Shown here: piece by piece, positions 1 through 9,523 of the stretch
How the letters are laid out: every line of letters starts with the position of its first letter
Numbering within the stretch: position 1 is the first letter of the stretch
Origin: a virus
Lineage: Duplodnaviria > Heunggongvirae > Uroviricota > Caudoviricetes
Length of the DNA: 64,000 nt
Virus record (IMG/VR): IMGVR_UViG_3300031994_002305
Coordinates: 101,073-165,072 of that record
Reading direction: 5' to 3' (one strand)
Program-made: the position numbers and the translations under genes
Notes under the pieces: model-generated
What the model was told of the DNA's origin: nothing
Databases searched by the model: none
Seen by the model: the letters and a program-made list of their open reading frames with translations, nothing else

Positions 1-211
1 AGCAAGAAAAGATTTAATAGAGCATATGTAATATGACTTAAAGTGAGTTTAATTCCAATACATTAAATATCTATATTAATATATGAAGGAATTTTTTGAA
101 ATTATAGCTGAACATCCAATTGTTGCTTTCTTTTTAGCAATATTTATTTTAGGAATATTGGATGGCATTAAAGATATAATATTGGCGTTTAGAAAAAAAT
201 AAATTTAAATT

Positions 212-574
212 ATGGGATTAGATAATAGTACAAGAGTAATTTATGGTTGGAAAATTGAAGGTCGCAATAAAGTTTCAAAGTTTGAGAATGAATTAGAAAA
301 AATAAATAAAAATTATTATGAAGACTATATTGATTTTCTAGTTAATGATAATATGTCTGGTCAATATATTTATTTTGGAGCTGATTTAGTTAATTATGAT
401 GCAGATGAAGGCGGAGAAGAAATTATCAACAAAAAATTAATTAAAGATGCAACAGATGATTATCATAATTTCTTAAAGGAACATCCAGAATTAGATGAGT
501 TTCTTAAAACACAAATTGGGAAAACAACTACAAGTAAAAATCCCCAATTATTCGTTTTTCAACAAATTTGGTAA
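212..574 (+). CDS. hypothetical phage protein
   Basis: 120 aa ORF, packed head-to-tail with neighbours. Confidence 0.8.
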   Translation: MGLDNSTRVIYGWKIEGRNKVSKFENELEKINKNYYEDYIDFLVNDNMSGQYIYFGADLVNYDADEGGEEIINKKLIKDATDDYHNFLKEHPELDEFLKTQIGKTTTSKNPQLFVFQQIW

Positions 575-861
575 ATATGGAAGAACTTTATACTGGTGAT
601 GCATTTGGTAATCAATTACAAGTAGGAGATACAGTTATTGCAGCAACAACAATTATTCAATCTCCAGCTATCAAAAAAGGAACAATTATTGGGATGTCAA
701 AAGGTAAACCTTATGAAGCGTGGGATTGTAATGGTGATGAAGCAGTATTGCATAAAGTTGCTAAATGGCGCATTAAATGGATAGAATATCCAAACTGGAC
801 ATATGCGAAATGTGTCCCTGAAGAAAGTACAATACATGGACTTAATTTATATAAAATATAA
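568..861 (+). CDS. hypothetical protein, SH3/KOW-like start (DAFGNQLQVGDTV)
   Basis: 97 aa ORF; D-x-G-N-x-L-x-(V/I)-G-D-x-V motif common in phage early proteins. Confidence 0.7.
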   Translation: MVNMEELYTGDAFGNQLQVGDTVIAATTIIQSPAIKKGTIIGMSKGKPYEAWDCNGDEAVLHKVAKWRIKWIEYPNWTYAKCVPEESTIHGLNLYKI

Positions 862-1004
862 TATGAAAAATTTATCTGAATTAAATAATTTAGAATTAAC
901 TGATTTACTTGTAAAAGGACATATTGGTAATGATACTAAAAATATAGCAGAATTGCGTTTTTTCTATAACTCTGTAAAAGAAGAAATTAAACGTCGTGAT
1001 TTAA

Positions 1005-1370
1005 ATGAAAGATATCGTAGAAACAATTAATCAGCATAAAGCATTACTTATAACATTACCAAGTTCTATTAAATGGGAAGACTATGAAAAAGAACTTAAA
1101 GCTGTTGAAGACGAATCACAAGTAATGAATTTTAAAGTTCCTGTATTACCTAAAGATGTTTCAAATATTGAACGTGTTTATTTAATATATAAAGGAAATA
1201 TTGTTGGGTGGCAAAAATTTGTTGGCACATCAGATAAACCATTTAAATGTTCTACTACTGATAAAAATTGGGATGGGAAGTTTTTACAAAGAACTGGACC
1301 ATTTCATAAAATTAACCCTATTGAACATAAAGGATTTCAAGGATTTAGATATTACTTTTATAATGATTAA
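1005..1370 (+). CDS. hypothetical protein (ends GFQGFRYY, possibly ASCH/PUA-like)
   Basis: 121 aa ORF; fold guess is weak. Confidence 0.7.
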   Translation: MKDIVETINQHKALLITLPSSIKWEDYEKELKAVEDESQVMNFKVPVLPKDVSNIERVYLIYKGNIVGWQKFVGTSDKPFKCSTTDKNWDGKFLQRTGPFHKINPIEHKGFQGFRYYFYND

Positions 1371-1373
1371 TAT

Positions 1374-1805
1374 ATGAACAGATATAATTATACATCAAAA
1401 TCAGCAAGGTGTTTAACTTGTGCTAATTATATGTATGGATGTGGTGGATGCACTAGTAATGAAAAAGCTCATAACTGTGAAGAATATGAAGAAGATTTAA
1501 ATGCATACGTGCGACAAGATCAAGATGAAACATATATTAAGCCTTCATTAGATTTAGATAAAGAAATTAATGAACGTATTAAACATTTAAATCAATATAA
1601 AGATAAGATTTATGTTTTTAAATTAGAAGGAAATATTTCTGATTTAATAACTGTATGTTATTCAAATCATATTCCAAATATTGGAGAATCATTAATTATT
1701 CATGATGAAGGAATATTTACAAATTATACAGTTATTAAACGTGCATTGGGAATTAATAAAGAAACGGAAGGATCTGTTTGGAATTTATATGTTAATAAAG
1801 AATAA
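1374..1805 (+). CDS. hypothetical protein with Cys-rich N-terminus
   Basis: 143 aa ORF; CxxC...CxxC cluster. Confidence 0.7.
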   Translation: MNRYNYTSKSARCLTCANYMYGCGGCTSNEKAHNCEEYEEDLNAYVRQDQDETYIKPSLDLDKEINERIKHLNQYKDKIYVFKLEGNISDLITVCYSNHIPNIGESLIIHDEGIFTNYTVIKRALGINKETEGSVWNLYVNKE

Positions 1806-1808
1806 ATT

Positions 1809-2195
1809 ATGACTATTGATGATTTTAAAACAATAAGAAGTAATTTTGTAAAATGTGCTCAAAAATATTTACAAAATAATATAGATAAGCAAACATTCAC
1901 AAAAGTAGTTATAAATTATTATATAACAGGTCACGATAAATTAAGTATAAGATATAATTATGAAAAGAAACCTACTGAGTTATCTCCTTATATACTTGGT
2001 ACAATTAATGGTGATTGTGTTATAGAAATATATTTTACAAATAATGAAAAAGGACTAACATATGAATTAATACCTATTAATATTATTGATTTTATAACAT
2101 ATTCATTTTCAGAATTTAATACACCAAATAAATCAACAGAAGATATTAAAGAACCTGAAAATGACGATTATATTGTTTATGATAACTTAAAATAA
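1809..2195 (+). CDS. hypothetical protein
   Basis: 128 aa ORF in tandem array. Confidence 0.7.
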   Translation: MTIDDFKTIRSNFVKCAQKYLQNNIDKQTFTKVVINYYITGHDKLSIRYNYEKKPTELSPYILGTINGDCVIEIYFTNNEKGLTYELIPINIIDFITYSFSEFNTPNKSTEDIKEPENDDYIVYDNLK

Positions 2196-2265
2196 TTTGA
2201 ATATTTTTCAAAGAATAACCATATTATTAATATATAAACAAATAATATTTGTTCTTTGAAATATT

Positions 2266-2674
2266 GGGCTCATTTTTGGTATTTGATTATTAATTTGAGT
2301 ATTAAAATCATGCCGTCTTGGTTATGACGTTAAAGAATCAAAACAATAAATGCTAACGATGAATTAGTAGACGATGCTTGGCTTAACAGCTGGGAATATC
2401 GTATGGCTGCTTAATCCCTCAGGGATACCATTTTACATAGTTAGGTTATAAATAAGCAAAGCCGGCGCAGTGGGAACCTACGGGTCGGGCAACAGAAGTC
2501 CCACATAAGATAGCGGTGGATATCTGGCTATTCAATTCAGATGTGTCTCCTGGTTTTCTAATTTTATGGAAACGTAAGAAATTAGATATTGAAGATAGAA
2601 ACTTACAAAAGCATGTAACAAATTTTAGTATGACGGTTGGTAAGACGACGGTTCGAATCCGTCTGGGTCCACTA
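2266..2674 (+). ncRNA. ssrA: tmRNA
   Basis: 5' GGGCTCA pairs with 3' TGGGTCC including G3.U70; discriminator A at 2671; T-arm GACGG-TTCGAAT-CCGTC; tag frame 2352-2414 encoding ANDELVDDAWLNSWEYRMAA* after an AATAAAT resume context. Confidence 0.93.
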
Positions 2675-2678
2675 TAGG

Positions 2679-2716
2679 CTTTGCCCTTGTGCCTTAACAG
2701 GATGGGTAAGTTTTTT
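2679..2716 (+). terminator. hairpin plus U-tract directly after tmRNA
   Basis: CTTTGCCC...GGGTAAG stem followed by TTTTTT. Confidence 0.5.
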
Positions 2717-2734
2717 GGTTTTGTACTTTGAACA

Positions 2735-2970
2735 ATAACTTGGTTTATGCGTTTGTACCTTAAACAACAAGCCGGTTTGATGTAATCATGTGACCGCAAA
2801 CAAGGAGATCCCTTAGTTGATTGATGGGTTATCAATCAGGGTTTTCCAATATAATCCTTAACATATTGGCGTATTTATTAACTTATGACGTTACAAGTTA
2901 ATGGGCTGTAAGAGACGTCCATATAAATATTCTGACAGGTATACAGAACATTTTATAACGCGTTATTTTG
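2735..2970 (+). ncRNA. candidate unclassified structured RNA
   Basis: gene-free, relatively GC-rich stretch with at least six consecutive hairpins, closed by a terminator at 2980. Confidence 0.4.
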
Positions 2971-2979
2971 TATATTAAT

Positions 2980-3004
2980 AGGACCCCTAAAGGGTCCTTT
3001 TTTA
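2980..3004 (+). terminator. Rho-independent terminator
   Basis: AGGACCC-ctaaa-GGGTCCT then T-run. Confidence 0.8.
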
Positions 3005-3015
3005 TTTTAATTTTG

Positions 3016-3068
3016 TTTGAATTTTTTAAATAATATTCTATATTATATTTGTTATTTAATCAAACAAA
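3016..3068 (+). promoter_or_regulatory. repeated early-type promoter with AATCAAACAAA leader
   Basis: TTTGAA(3016)-17 nt-TATATT(3039), then TATATTTG and AATCAAACAAA. Confidence 0.7.
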
Positions 3069-3073
3069 TAAAT

Positions 3074-3484
3074 ATGAAGAAAAATTTTACAGATTCAGAG
3101 ATTGCAATTTTAAAATCAACGCTTGGTTCTAAGTTGAATGTTTCAATTAATCGAGCAGGTAATATTAAAGTAATTAATCCAAATGAGCCTGAAAATCATT
3201 CATATTGGGGTAGTCCTGCACGCGGATTTTGGGTACTTTATCATAATAATGTAGGTTATCTTTGGCGTCGTCATGATGGTCATGGTTATTGTTATCCTCT
3301 AAATATGAGAGGACGTAAGAATGATTTGTCATGTAAACCTTTTGTTTGGACAGATGATAATGGACATACACATAAAGAATATTATCGTCCCTATAATATT
3401 AATAAAAGTTATTTTAATTCTGTTAATGAAGCTCTCGAATATTTTGTTAATTATTTAAAGAAGCATCGTAATATTAATCTTTAA
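3074..3484 (+). CDS. hypothetical protein (true start MKKNF at 3074)
   Basis: the ORF-track extension from 3017 reads through the promoter. Confidence 0.8.
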   Translation: MKKNFTDSEIAILKSTLGSKLNVSINRAGNIKVINPNEPENHSYWGSPARGFWVLYHNNVGYLWRRHDGHGYCYPLNMRGRKNDLSCKPFVWTDDNGHTHKEYYRPYNINKSYFNSVNEALEYFVNYLKKHRNINL

Positions 3485-3856
3485 TTATGGAATATATAAT
3501 TTGGTATATTTTAATTGGAATATTGGTTACAACACTATTTTGGATTTGGCATGCTAAATCAACTAATTATCAAGATGGTAGTCCAATGATTGCATTTTTG
3601 CCTTTTGGTGTAGTGTTATGGCCTATTCTTGTTTTGGCTTTTGTTACTAAGCTATGAGAGAAACGTGGAAACACAAAGTCATAAGAGAATCATTAGAAAA
3701 AGGATATTCATTACCTAGAATAACAAAGGAATATAAATTATCTCCTGCTGCTATTATAAATGAAATAGAATCTGATTTTGAGTTAAAAATGATGATGTTA
3801 GAAAATTAATAAATTAAATAACTATATTAAATTTGATTAATTAAATATTTATACAT

Positions 3857-4579
3857 ATGCAAACAAACGTAAGACAAAAGAATTTTGTAAATCGTAAGCC
3901 TAAGAATAATGGCACTGTAAAAAATGTTGAGAAAAATAAGGTTAAGAAGACACCTATTGAATCTGAAACAGTAATTATTGTGGATGATCAAGATGATTTT
4001 AGAAAACCAACGGGTGCTCTTTACGTACCTGGGGGAGAGAATATTGATGAACATATTCTTAATTATGTAACAAAGAATCAAAAAAGAATTAATCAAATTG
4101 TTTGGACACGAGATTGGCATCCAGAGAATCATATGTCATTCAAGGAAAATGGTGGTGTCTGGCCTAATCACTGTGAGCAAAATATGCCTGGCGCAAATAT
4201 AAGTAAGGAACTTTACGATACATTTGCAAAACTTGGTATTCCTCAAGTAATTGTTAATAAGGGTACGGATTCTGCATATGAAGAGTATGGAGCATTTGAG
4301 ATTTGCACTACATTCCATCATCTCCATCCTAACGATAAGCCTCAAGTAAAAAACTGTTATTTCAGAAATCATGATGGTACGTCGGGATGTCGCATTATTA
4401 ATGATAATATTGTCGTATGCGGTATTGCTGGAGATTATTGTGTTAAGGAAACAATGAAAAATCTAATTAAGCATTGGAGATCATTTAAGATTAAGGTACT
4501 TACTGATGGCATTGCTTCTATTGATGGTGGTACTGCATTAAATGAATTCATTGCTGAAAATAATCTTAAAACAGTATAA
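3857..4579 (+). CDS. pncA: nicotinamidase (isochorismatase family)
   Basis: IIVDDQDDF...GALYVPGG, TRDWHP, WPNHCEQ, KG...EEYGAF, CGIAGDYCVKET motifs; adjacent to pncB. Confidence 0.88.
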   Translation: MQTNVRQKNFVNRKPKNNGTVKNVEKNKVKKTPIESETVIIVDDQDDFRKPTGALYVPGGENIDEHILNYVTKNQKRINQIVWTRDWHPENHMSFKENGGVWPNHCEQNMPGANISKELYDTFAKLGIPQVIVNKGTDSAYEEYGAFEICTTFHHLHPNDKPQVKNCYFRNHDGTSGCRIINDNIVVCGIAGDYCVKETMKNLIKHWRSFKIKVLTDGIASIDGGTALNEFIAENNLKTV

Positions 4580-4591
4580 AACACTATTTAT

Positions 4592-4634
4592 AACTAAATA
4601 AGTTTATATCAACCAAATATAAATTTATTTAGTT
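4592..4634. repeat. 18-bp inverted repeat between pncA and pncB
   Basis: AACTAAATAAGTTTATAT / ATATAAATTTATTTAGTT, 7-nt loop. Confidence 0.6.
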
Positions 4635-4708
4635 TTAATTAGTTTAATATATATTATAGTTTATATTAAGAATTAAAAACACTTTTAAAATATCAAATAT
4701 TAATCATT

Positions 4709-5905
4709 ATGACATACAGTATATTAGATACAGATCTTTATAAGTTTACAACTTCTTATGCGTATATGAAGAAATTTCCTGACGCTGAGTGTACTTTTAC
4801 TTTTAAAGATCGTAATAAGATTAAACGTACGAAGGAATTTTTGAATAAGTTTAAGAAGCAATTGAAGAAACTATGTATGATGCATTTGACTGTAGAGGAA
4901 CTACAATGGCTTCTTGAGTCTCATCGTGTTGATTTTATTGCTGCTTATTATTGGGAATGGCTAATGTCATTCAGATTTGAATATGATAAGATTAATGTGT
5001 ATCTTGATAAAGATGGAATACTTTGTATGGATGTAACAGATAAGTGTTACAAATGTACACTTTATGAGATTCCATGTATGTATTCAATTCCTGAAGTCAA
5101 TAATGCTGATAAGCCAATTAACTGGGAACTTACAATGGCTAAGTTGAAGGAGAAGGTAGACTTGGCTAATGAAAATGGTATGTTATTTTCTGAGTTCGGT
5201 ACTCGTCGTCGTTTTAATTATGATGTACAAGATAAGGTTTGTGAGTATCTTAAGAATAATGCAAAGACCTGTGTTGGCACGTCAAACGTACACTTCGCAA
5301 TGAAGTATGATATGAAACCAATTGGTACTCACCCTCATGAGTGGTTTATGTTCCATGGAGCTCAATATGGATATAAAGCTGCTAATTATATGGCTCTTGA
5401 AAACTGGGTAGATATTTATGATGGTGATCTTGGTATTGCTCTTTCAGATACATACACAACAGATGTATTCTTCCGTAGTTTTTCATTGAAACAGGCTAAG
5501 TTGTTTGATGGTGTTCGTCAGGATTCGGGAGATGAATATGAGTTTACTGATAAGACAATTAATTTCTATAAGGGACGTGGAATTGATCCTAAATCAAAGA
5601 CAATTGTATTCTCTAATGCTCTTGATTTTCCTAAAGCACTTAAGGTTCTAAATTATTGCAAAGAAAAAGGAATTAAATGTTCATTTGGTATTGGAACAAA
5701 TCTTACATGTGATGTGTATGCTCCTGATGGAACTAAATATGATGCAGAGAATATTGTAATGAAGATGTCTCGTTGTCGTATGAATTCAAATCAGAAATGG
5801 TATCTATGTATTAAGATTAGTGATGATCTAGGTAAGCATATGGGAGATAATGCAGAATTTAATCATGCATGTTATGAGTTAAATATTATAATTCCTATTG
5901 AATAA
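4709..5905 (+). CDS. pncB: nicotinate phosphoribosyltransferase
   Basis: SILDTDLYKFT, SEFGTRRR, GTSNVH, IGTHPHEW, ALSDTY, GVRQDSGD, FGIGTNL, NIVMKM, KISDDLGK motifs. Confidence 0.95.
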   Translation: MTYSILDTDLYKFTTSYAYMKKFPDAECTFTFKDRNKIKRTKEFLNKFKKQLKKLCMMHLTVEELQWLLESHRVDFIAAYYWEWLMSFRFEYDKINVYLDKDGILCMDVTDKCYKCTLYEIPCMYSIPEVNNADKPINWELTMAKLKEKVDLANENGMLFSEFGTRRRFNYDVQDKVCEYLKNNAKTCVGTSNVHFAMKYDMKPIGTHPHEWFMFHGAQYGYKAANYMALENWVDIYDGDLGIALSDTYTTDVFFRSFSLKQAKLFDGVRQDSGDEYEFTDKTINFYKGRGIDPKSKTIVFSNALDFPKALKVLNYCKEKGIKCSFGIGTNLTCDVYAPDGTKYDAENIVMKMSRCRMNSNQKWYLCIKISDDLGKHMGDNAEFNHACYELNIIIPIE

Positions 5906-6082
5906 TATGTGGGAACAATTTTATGAATTTTTAAATTTTCTTGATAGAATGATAAATAAATATCCATTTGATTTACACCATACAATTGAAATGGATTTAG
6001 ATTTATATAAATTCTGTAGAGAAATTGGATTTATGCCAGAAAATGGTATATTTAAATTTAAAAAAGTTACATTTGTTTTAGG

Positions 6083-7042
6083 ATGAATAAAAAACTAAAA
6101 GTAATAACTTATAATATTGATGGATTACCCGAGAAATTGGATTTGAGTACTTTACCATGGGTACTCAAACCAATATCTTGGATATATAAGTTAATCAAAA
6201 AAACCACAATAATTAAAATTAATGATAATACAAATACTTCTAATAAAATACAGCATATCAGTAATTATTTAAAATTAATGGATGCTGATTTAATCGCTGT
6301 TCAAGAAGATTTTAATTATCATGCTGAATTAACAATGGATTTACATGATAAATATAGTTGGGGAACATATTCTGGTGGCTTTGATATTTCAAAAATATTT
6401 TCCTCTGTAGAATGTTTATCTAATTTTCCATTTCCAAGATTTAAAGCAGATGGACTTAATTTATTTACTAAACATAATACAACTCTTTTAAATATATTTT
6501 CAGAAGATATTGTAAATTGGAAAAAATCTTATGGTTATCTAGATCATGCAAATGATTTATTGACACATAAAGGATTTAGATTTTATACAATAACAATAGA
6601 AGATAATATTGATATTGATGTATATGTTCTGCACATGGATGCTGATTTTTATCATCCACAGAATTGTCCAGATATAAAAAAGGATATAGAAGCACGTAAA
6701 TCTCAATTTAATCAATTATCAGAATACATTTTTAATAGATTTGAAAATAATATTAATAATCCAATTATTATAATGGGTGATACGAATTCATATAATAAAT
6801 ATGAATGGGATTTAAAAAATATATCAGATTTTCAAAAATCTATTAATCGCAATATGAAATTATTTTGTGAAGAAGTAATACCAAATAATTATGAAGATTG
6901 CGACAGAATATTTATAATAAATAATGAAAAATCAAAATATAGAATAGAAACTATTGATTGTTATTTTGATAAAGAAATGAATTTATCAGACCATAAACCA
7001 CTTATAGCAGAATTTAAAATTACCAACAAATTAAATAATTAA
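6083..7042 (+). CDS. endonuclease/exonuclease/phosphatase (EEP) family phosphodiesterase, sphingomyelinase-like
   Basis: TYNI, AVQEDF, HKGF, LHMDA, IIMGDTN, DRIF, SDHKPL motifs. Confidence 0.8.
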   Translation: MNKKLKVITYNIDGLPEKLDLSTLPWVLKPISWIYKLIKKTTIIKINDNTNTSNKIQHISNYLKLMDADLIAVQEDFNYHAELTMDLHDKYSWGTYSGGFDISKIFSSVECLSNFPFPRFKADGLNLFTKHNTTLLNIFSEDIVNWKKSYGYLDHANDLLTHKGFRFYTITIEDNIDIDVYVLHMDADFYHPQNCPDIKKDIEARKSQFNQLSEYIFNRFENNINNPIIIMGDTNSYNKYEWDLKNISDFQKSINRNMKLFCEEVIPNNYEDCDRIFIINNEKSKYRIETIDCYFDKEMNLSDHKPLIAEFKITNKLNN

Positions 7043-7046
7043 AATT

Positions 7047-7517
7047 ATGAAAAAAATTATTTTAACATTAGTTTTTGTATTTATTGCGACATTAAGTTTT
7101 GCTCAACCCCCTCTAATGAATCATTTTAATAAAGTAGATTTTTCAAAATATGAGGTTGTTGATTCTTTACCTCTTGAACGTATTACTGTACATTTTAATA
7201 ATGAAGTTGATAATGAAGATTTTATCTATTTAGGTGATAAAGACTATATGGCTCCACTTCCTCATAAAGATAAAATGATTATTAAGACTACTTCAGATAA
7301 ATCAAAAGCAATCGTTATTTATAACAGTTATTGTTTTGGTCGTCATTTGGAATTTAATGTGGAAGAAAATGAACGAAGAATAGTTCTTTGGTTTAAAGAT
7401 AAAAATCTATATTGCGGATATATATATGATAAAACATTTAAAGTAGCAACATATTTTGAATCAAAGAAAGAATTTAAGAGATTTATTAGACGTCCAATTT
7501 TTAATAAACCAATTTAA
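7047..7517 (+). CDS. secreted hypothetical protein
   Basis: MKK plus hydrophobic signal peptide ending SFA/Q, typical of Bacteroidetes exported proteins. Confidence 0.7.
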   Translation: MKKIILTLVFVFIATLSFAQPPLMNHFNKVDFSKYEVVDSLPLERITVHFNNEVDNEDFIYLGDKDYMAPLPHKDKMIIKTTSDKSKAIVIYNSYCFGRHLEFNVEENERRIVLWFKDKNLYCGYIYDKTFKVATYFESKKEFKRFIRRPIFNKPI

Positions 7518-7519
7518 TT

Positions 7520-7678
7520 ATGAAAATTAATTGTCCAAAATGTCACGAAGAAACAGAATTTCTATTAAATAATGCATGTGATGAACTAGGAGAAGTCTTT
7601 AGGTGCCAACATTGTGGGTGGTTATTTAGATATGTTACAGATCATGTAAAGAAAATAGAAAATTTAAATAATATTTGA
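7520..7678 (+). CDS. small zinc-ribbon protein (below the ORF-track size cut-off)
   Basis: hand translation MKINCPKCHEE...RCQHCGW, 52 aa. Confidence 0.6.
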   Translation: MKINCPKCHEETEFLLNNACDELGEVFRCQHCGWLFRYVTDHVKKIENLNNI

Positions 7679-7710
7679 ATTTTTAAAATAATGTTCTATA
7701 TTATATTTGT
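7674..7710 (+). promoter_or_regulatory. repeated early-type promoter
   Basis: TTTGAA-17-TATATT then TATATTTG. Confidence 0.7.
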
Positions 7711-7987
7711 AAAATCAAAATATAAATATGTCAGATAAAGAATTTTGGGCTCAAGCATTTTTGGAAGCATATAAAACTATGCTTTCTGTAAAAGGTAAAC
7801 ATTTATTTACTAAAAATGCATCAGAAGTAAATGATAAAATTAACTATGAAATTGCTGATGATTGTGCTTTTTGTGCAGATATAGCTGATAGTGCTTTAGA
7901 CATCTTTAAAACTAATATGCAAGTTTTATCAATTGAAGCTAAAAAAGATATTAATAAGAAAGAATCATCTAAATTGTCATATAAATA

Positions 7988-8473
7988 ATGAAAAAAGTAC
8001 AACAATTTTATACTGGTTGTGAAAAGGAACTTCCAAATGAATTAGTTGAAGTTCGTCAGTTCAAGTTTGAGCCTGAAGATATTGAAAAATATCTTGTAAT
8101 GAAGTTTCGTTATCAACAGAATATGTTTTGGGGTTCAGTATTTGGAACAAAACTACAAGTAAATGGAAAAGATCCTGAAACATTATTTGGAGTTTATAAA
8201 ATTGAATGGCATTCAGATTGGTGCAAACATGAAAATAATGTAAAGTATAAAATTAAGTTAACTCCTGTAGGAAATTGGGGTGCCTGGTGTCCAAATCGTT
8301 CTTGGTATACATCAGATATTGAGTCAATGATTAATCATACATATAATTTATTTGAAGAAATTCCATTGTTTGATAATAAGGAAGACGCAAATGAATTTGC
8401 ATTAACTAAGAATTTTGAAATGTATCCTAAGGAGAAAAAACTTTATAGATTTTTTAAAACTATTTTTAAGTAA
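7988..8473 (+). CDS. hypothetical protein
   Basis: 161 aa ORF. Confidence 0.75.
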   Translation: MKKVQQFYTGCEKELPNELVEVRQFKFEPEDIEKYLVMKFRYQQNMFWGSVFGTKLQVNGKDPETLFGVYKIEWHSDWCKHENNVKYKIKLTPVGNWGAWCPNRSWYTSDIESMINHTYNLFEEIPLFDNKEDANEFALTKNFEMYPKEKKLYRFFKTIFK

Positions 8474-8478
8474 TAAAT

Positions 8479-9444
8479 ATGAATTACGCTAAAGTATTTG
8501 AAACGATGGTTCAAGATACACAAAAGTATCTTGAAGATCATAATTTATGTTCGATGATTTTGGGAATTAGTGGTGGTATTGATTCAACAGTAACTGCTGC
8601 AGTTTGTCATGAGGTTGAGAGGAGAAACCCAGAGCTTAAGTTCTATGGTGTAAGTCTTCCTTGTACATCAAATACAATAGATGAAAATAATTCTGCAACT
8701 GCTTGTATGAAAGCATTTTGTAAGGAAGGACGGTATTGGACTGAGAATCTACAAAAAGAGTATTTATTTATGAAAGCTAGTTTTTCTCAGCGACACTCAT
8801 CAACGACAATTGGTCTTGGTAATATTAAAGCTCGTCTTCGTATGATGTATCTTTATGACCTTGCTAATTATACTACGGGCCTCGTAATGGACACAGATAA
8901 TCTTACCGAGCATTATCTTGGTTTCTTTACTATTCATGGAGATGTATGTGATTTTAATCCTATTGGTGGTCTTTGGAAACATGAGGTTTATGGTTTGGCA
9001 AAATATATTCGTGATAAGTATGAACACGATTTGAAGCATTACCCAATGAGTCCAGATTCTTTTGATTACATGGATGATACAATTGCAATGGAGAATATTG
9101 GCAATAAAATTAAAGCTTTGGACCATGCACTCGGTATTCGTCCTACAGATGGTAATGGAGTAAATGATTTGGGTGATATGGGACAGATTGCTCCAGCATT
9201 TGCTCATGATAAAAATGTTGATGCTTATACAAAGGTTGATGATATCATTCAGACATATCTTCATGCAATTACACAGTTCCCAGATGAACGTGATAAAATG
9301 ATTCAGGACTTGCGTGATAAATACGATGTTGATAATAATGAAGTAACATATCATACAGTTGATGATGTAATTAATAGAATTAAGAGAACAGAATATAAAC
9401 GTAAAGGATTGCCTATTGTAATTCCTCGAAAAAAATATGAATAA
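8479..9444 (+). CDS. nadE: NH3-dependent NAD+ synthetase
   Basis: LGISGGIDSTV, NIKARLRMMYLY, TDNLTE...GFFTIHGD, PIGGLWKHEVY, TEYKR motifs; no glutaminase domain. Confidence 0.92.
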   Translation: MNYAKVFETMVQDTQKYLEDHNLCSMILGISGGIDSTVTAAVCHEVERRNPELKFYGVSLPCTSNTIDENNSATACMKAFCKEGRYWTENLQKEYLFMKASFSQRHSSTTIGLGNIKARLRMMYLYDLANYTTGLVMDTDNLTEHYLGFFTIHGDVCDFNPIGGLWKHEVYGLAKYIRDKYEHDLKHYPMSPDSFDYMDDTIAMENIGNKIKALDHALGIRPTDGNGVNDLGDMGQIAPAFAHDKNVDAYTKVDDIIQTYLHAITQFPDERDKMIQDLRDKYDVDNNEVTYHTVDDVINRIKRTEYKRKGLPIVIPRKKYE

Positions 9445-9464
9445 ATGAAATTATTTATATAATA

Positions 9465-9500
9465 TTTGAATTTTTTAATTAAGTTACTATATTATAATTG
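9465..9500 (+). promoter_or_regulatory. repeated early-type promoter
   Basis: TTTGAA-17-TATATT. Confidence 0.7.
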
Positions 9501-9523
9501 TAATTAATTTAAACAATTTAAAT

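Noticed and set aside
2446-2835. 129-aa - strand ORF in the track
   Set aside because: Antisense to the tmRNA and the downstream structured region; atypical composition.
2860-2950. Group I intron core (AAGAGACGTCC resembles the S element; GACGT/ACGTC could be P7) or RNase P (ACAGAA)
   Set aside because: No room for P3' between the P7 strands, no interrupted gene, and no GAGGAAAGTCC; kept only as an unclassified RNA.
3017-3073. N-terminal extensions MNFL...LYYIC in the track ORFs at 3017 and 36580 that look paralogous
   Set aside because: They are translations of the conserved promoter motif; true starts are 3074 and 36637.
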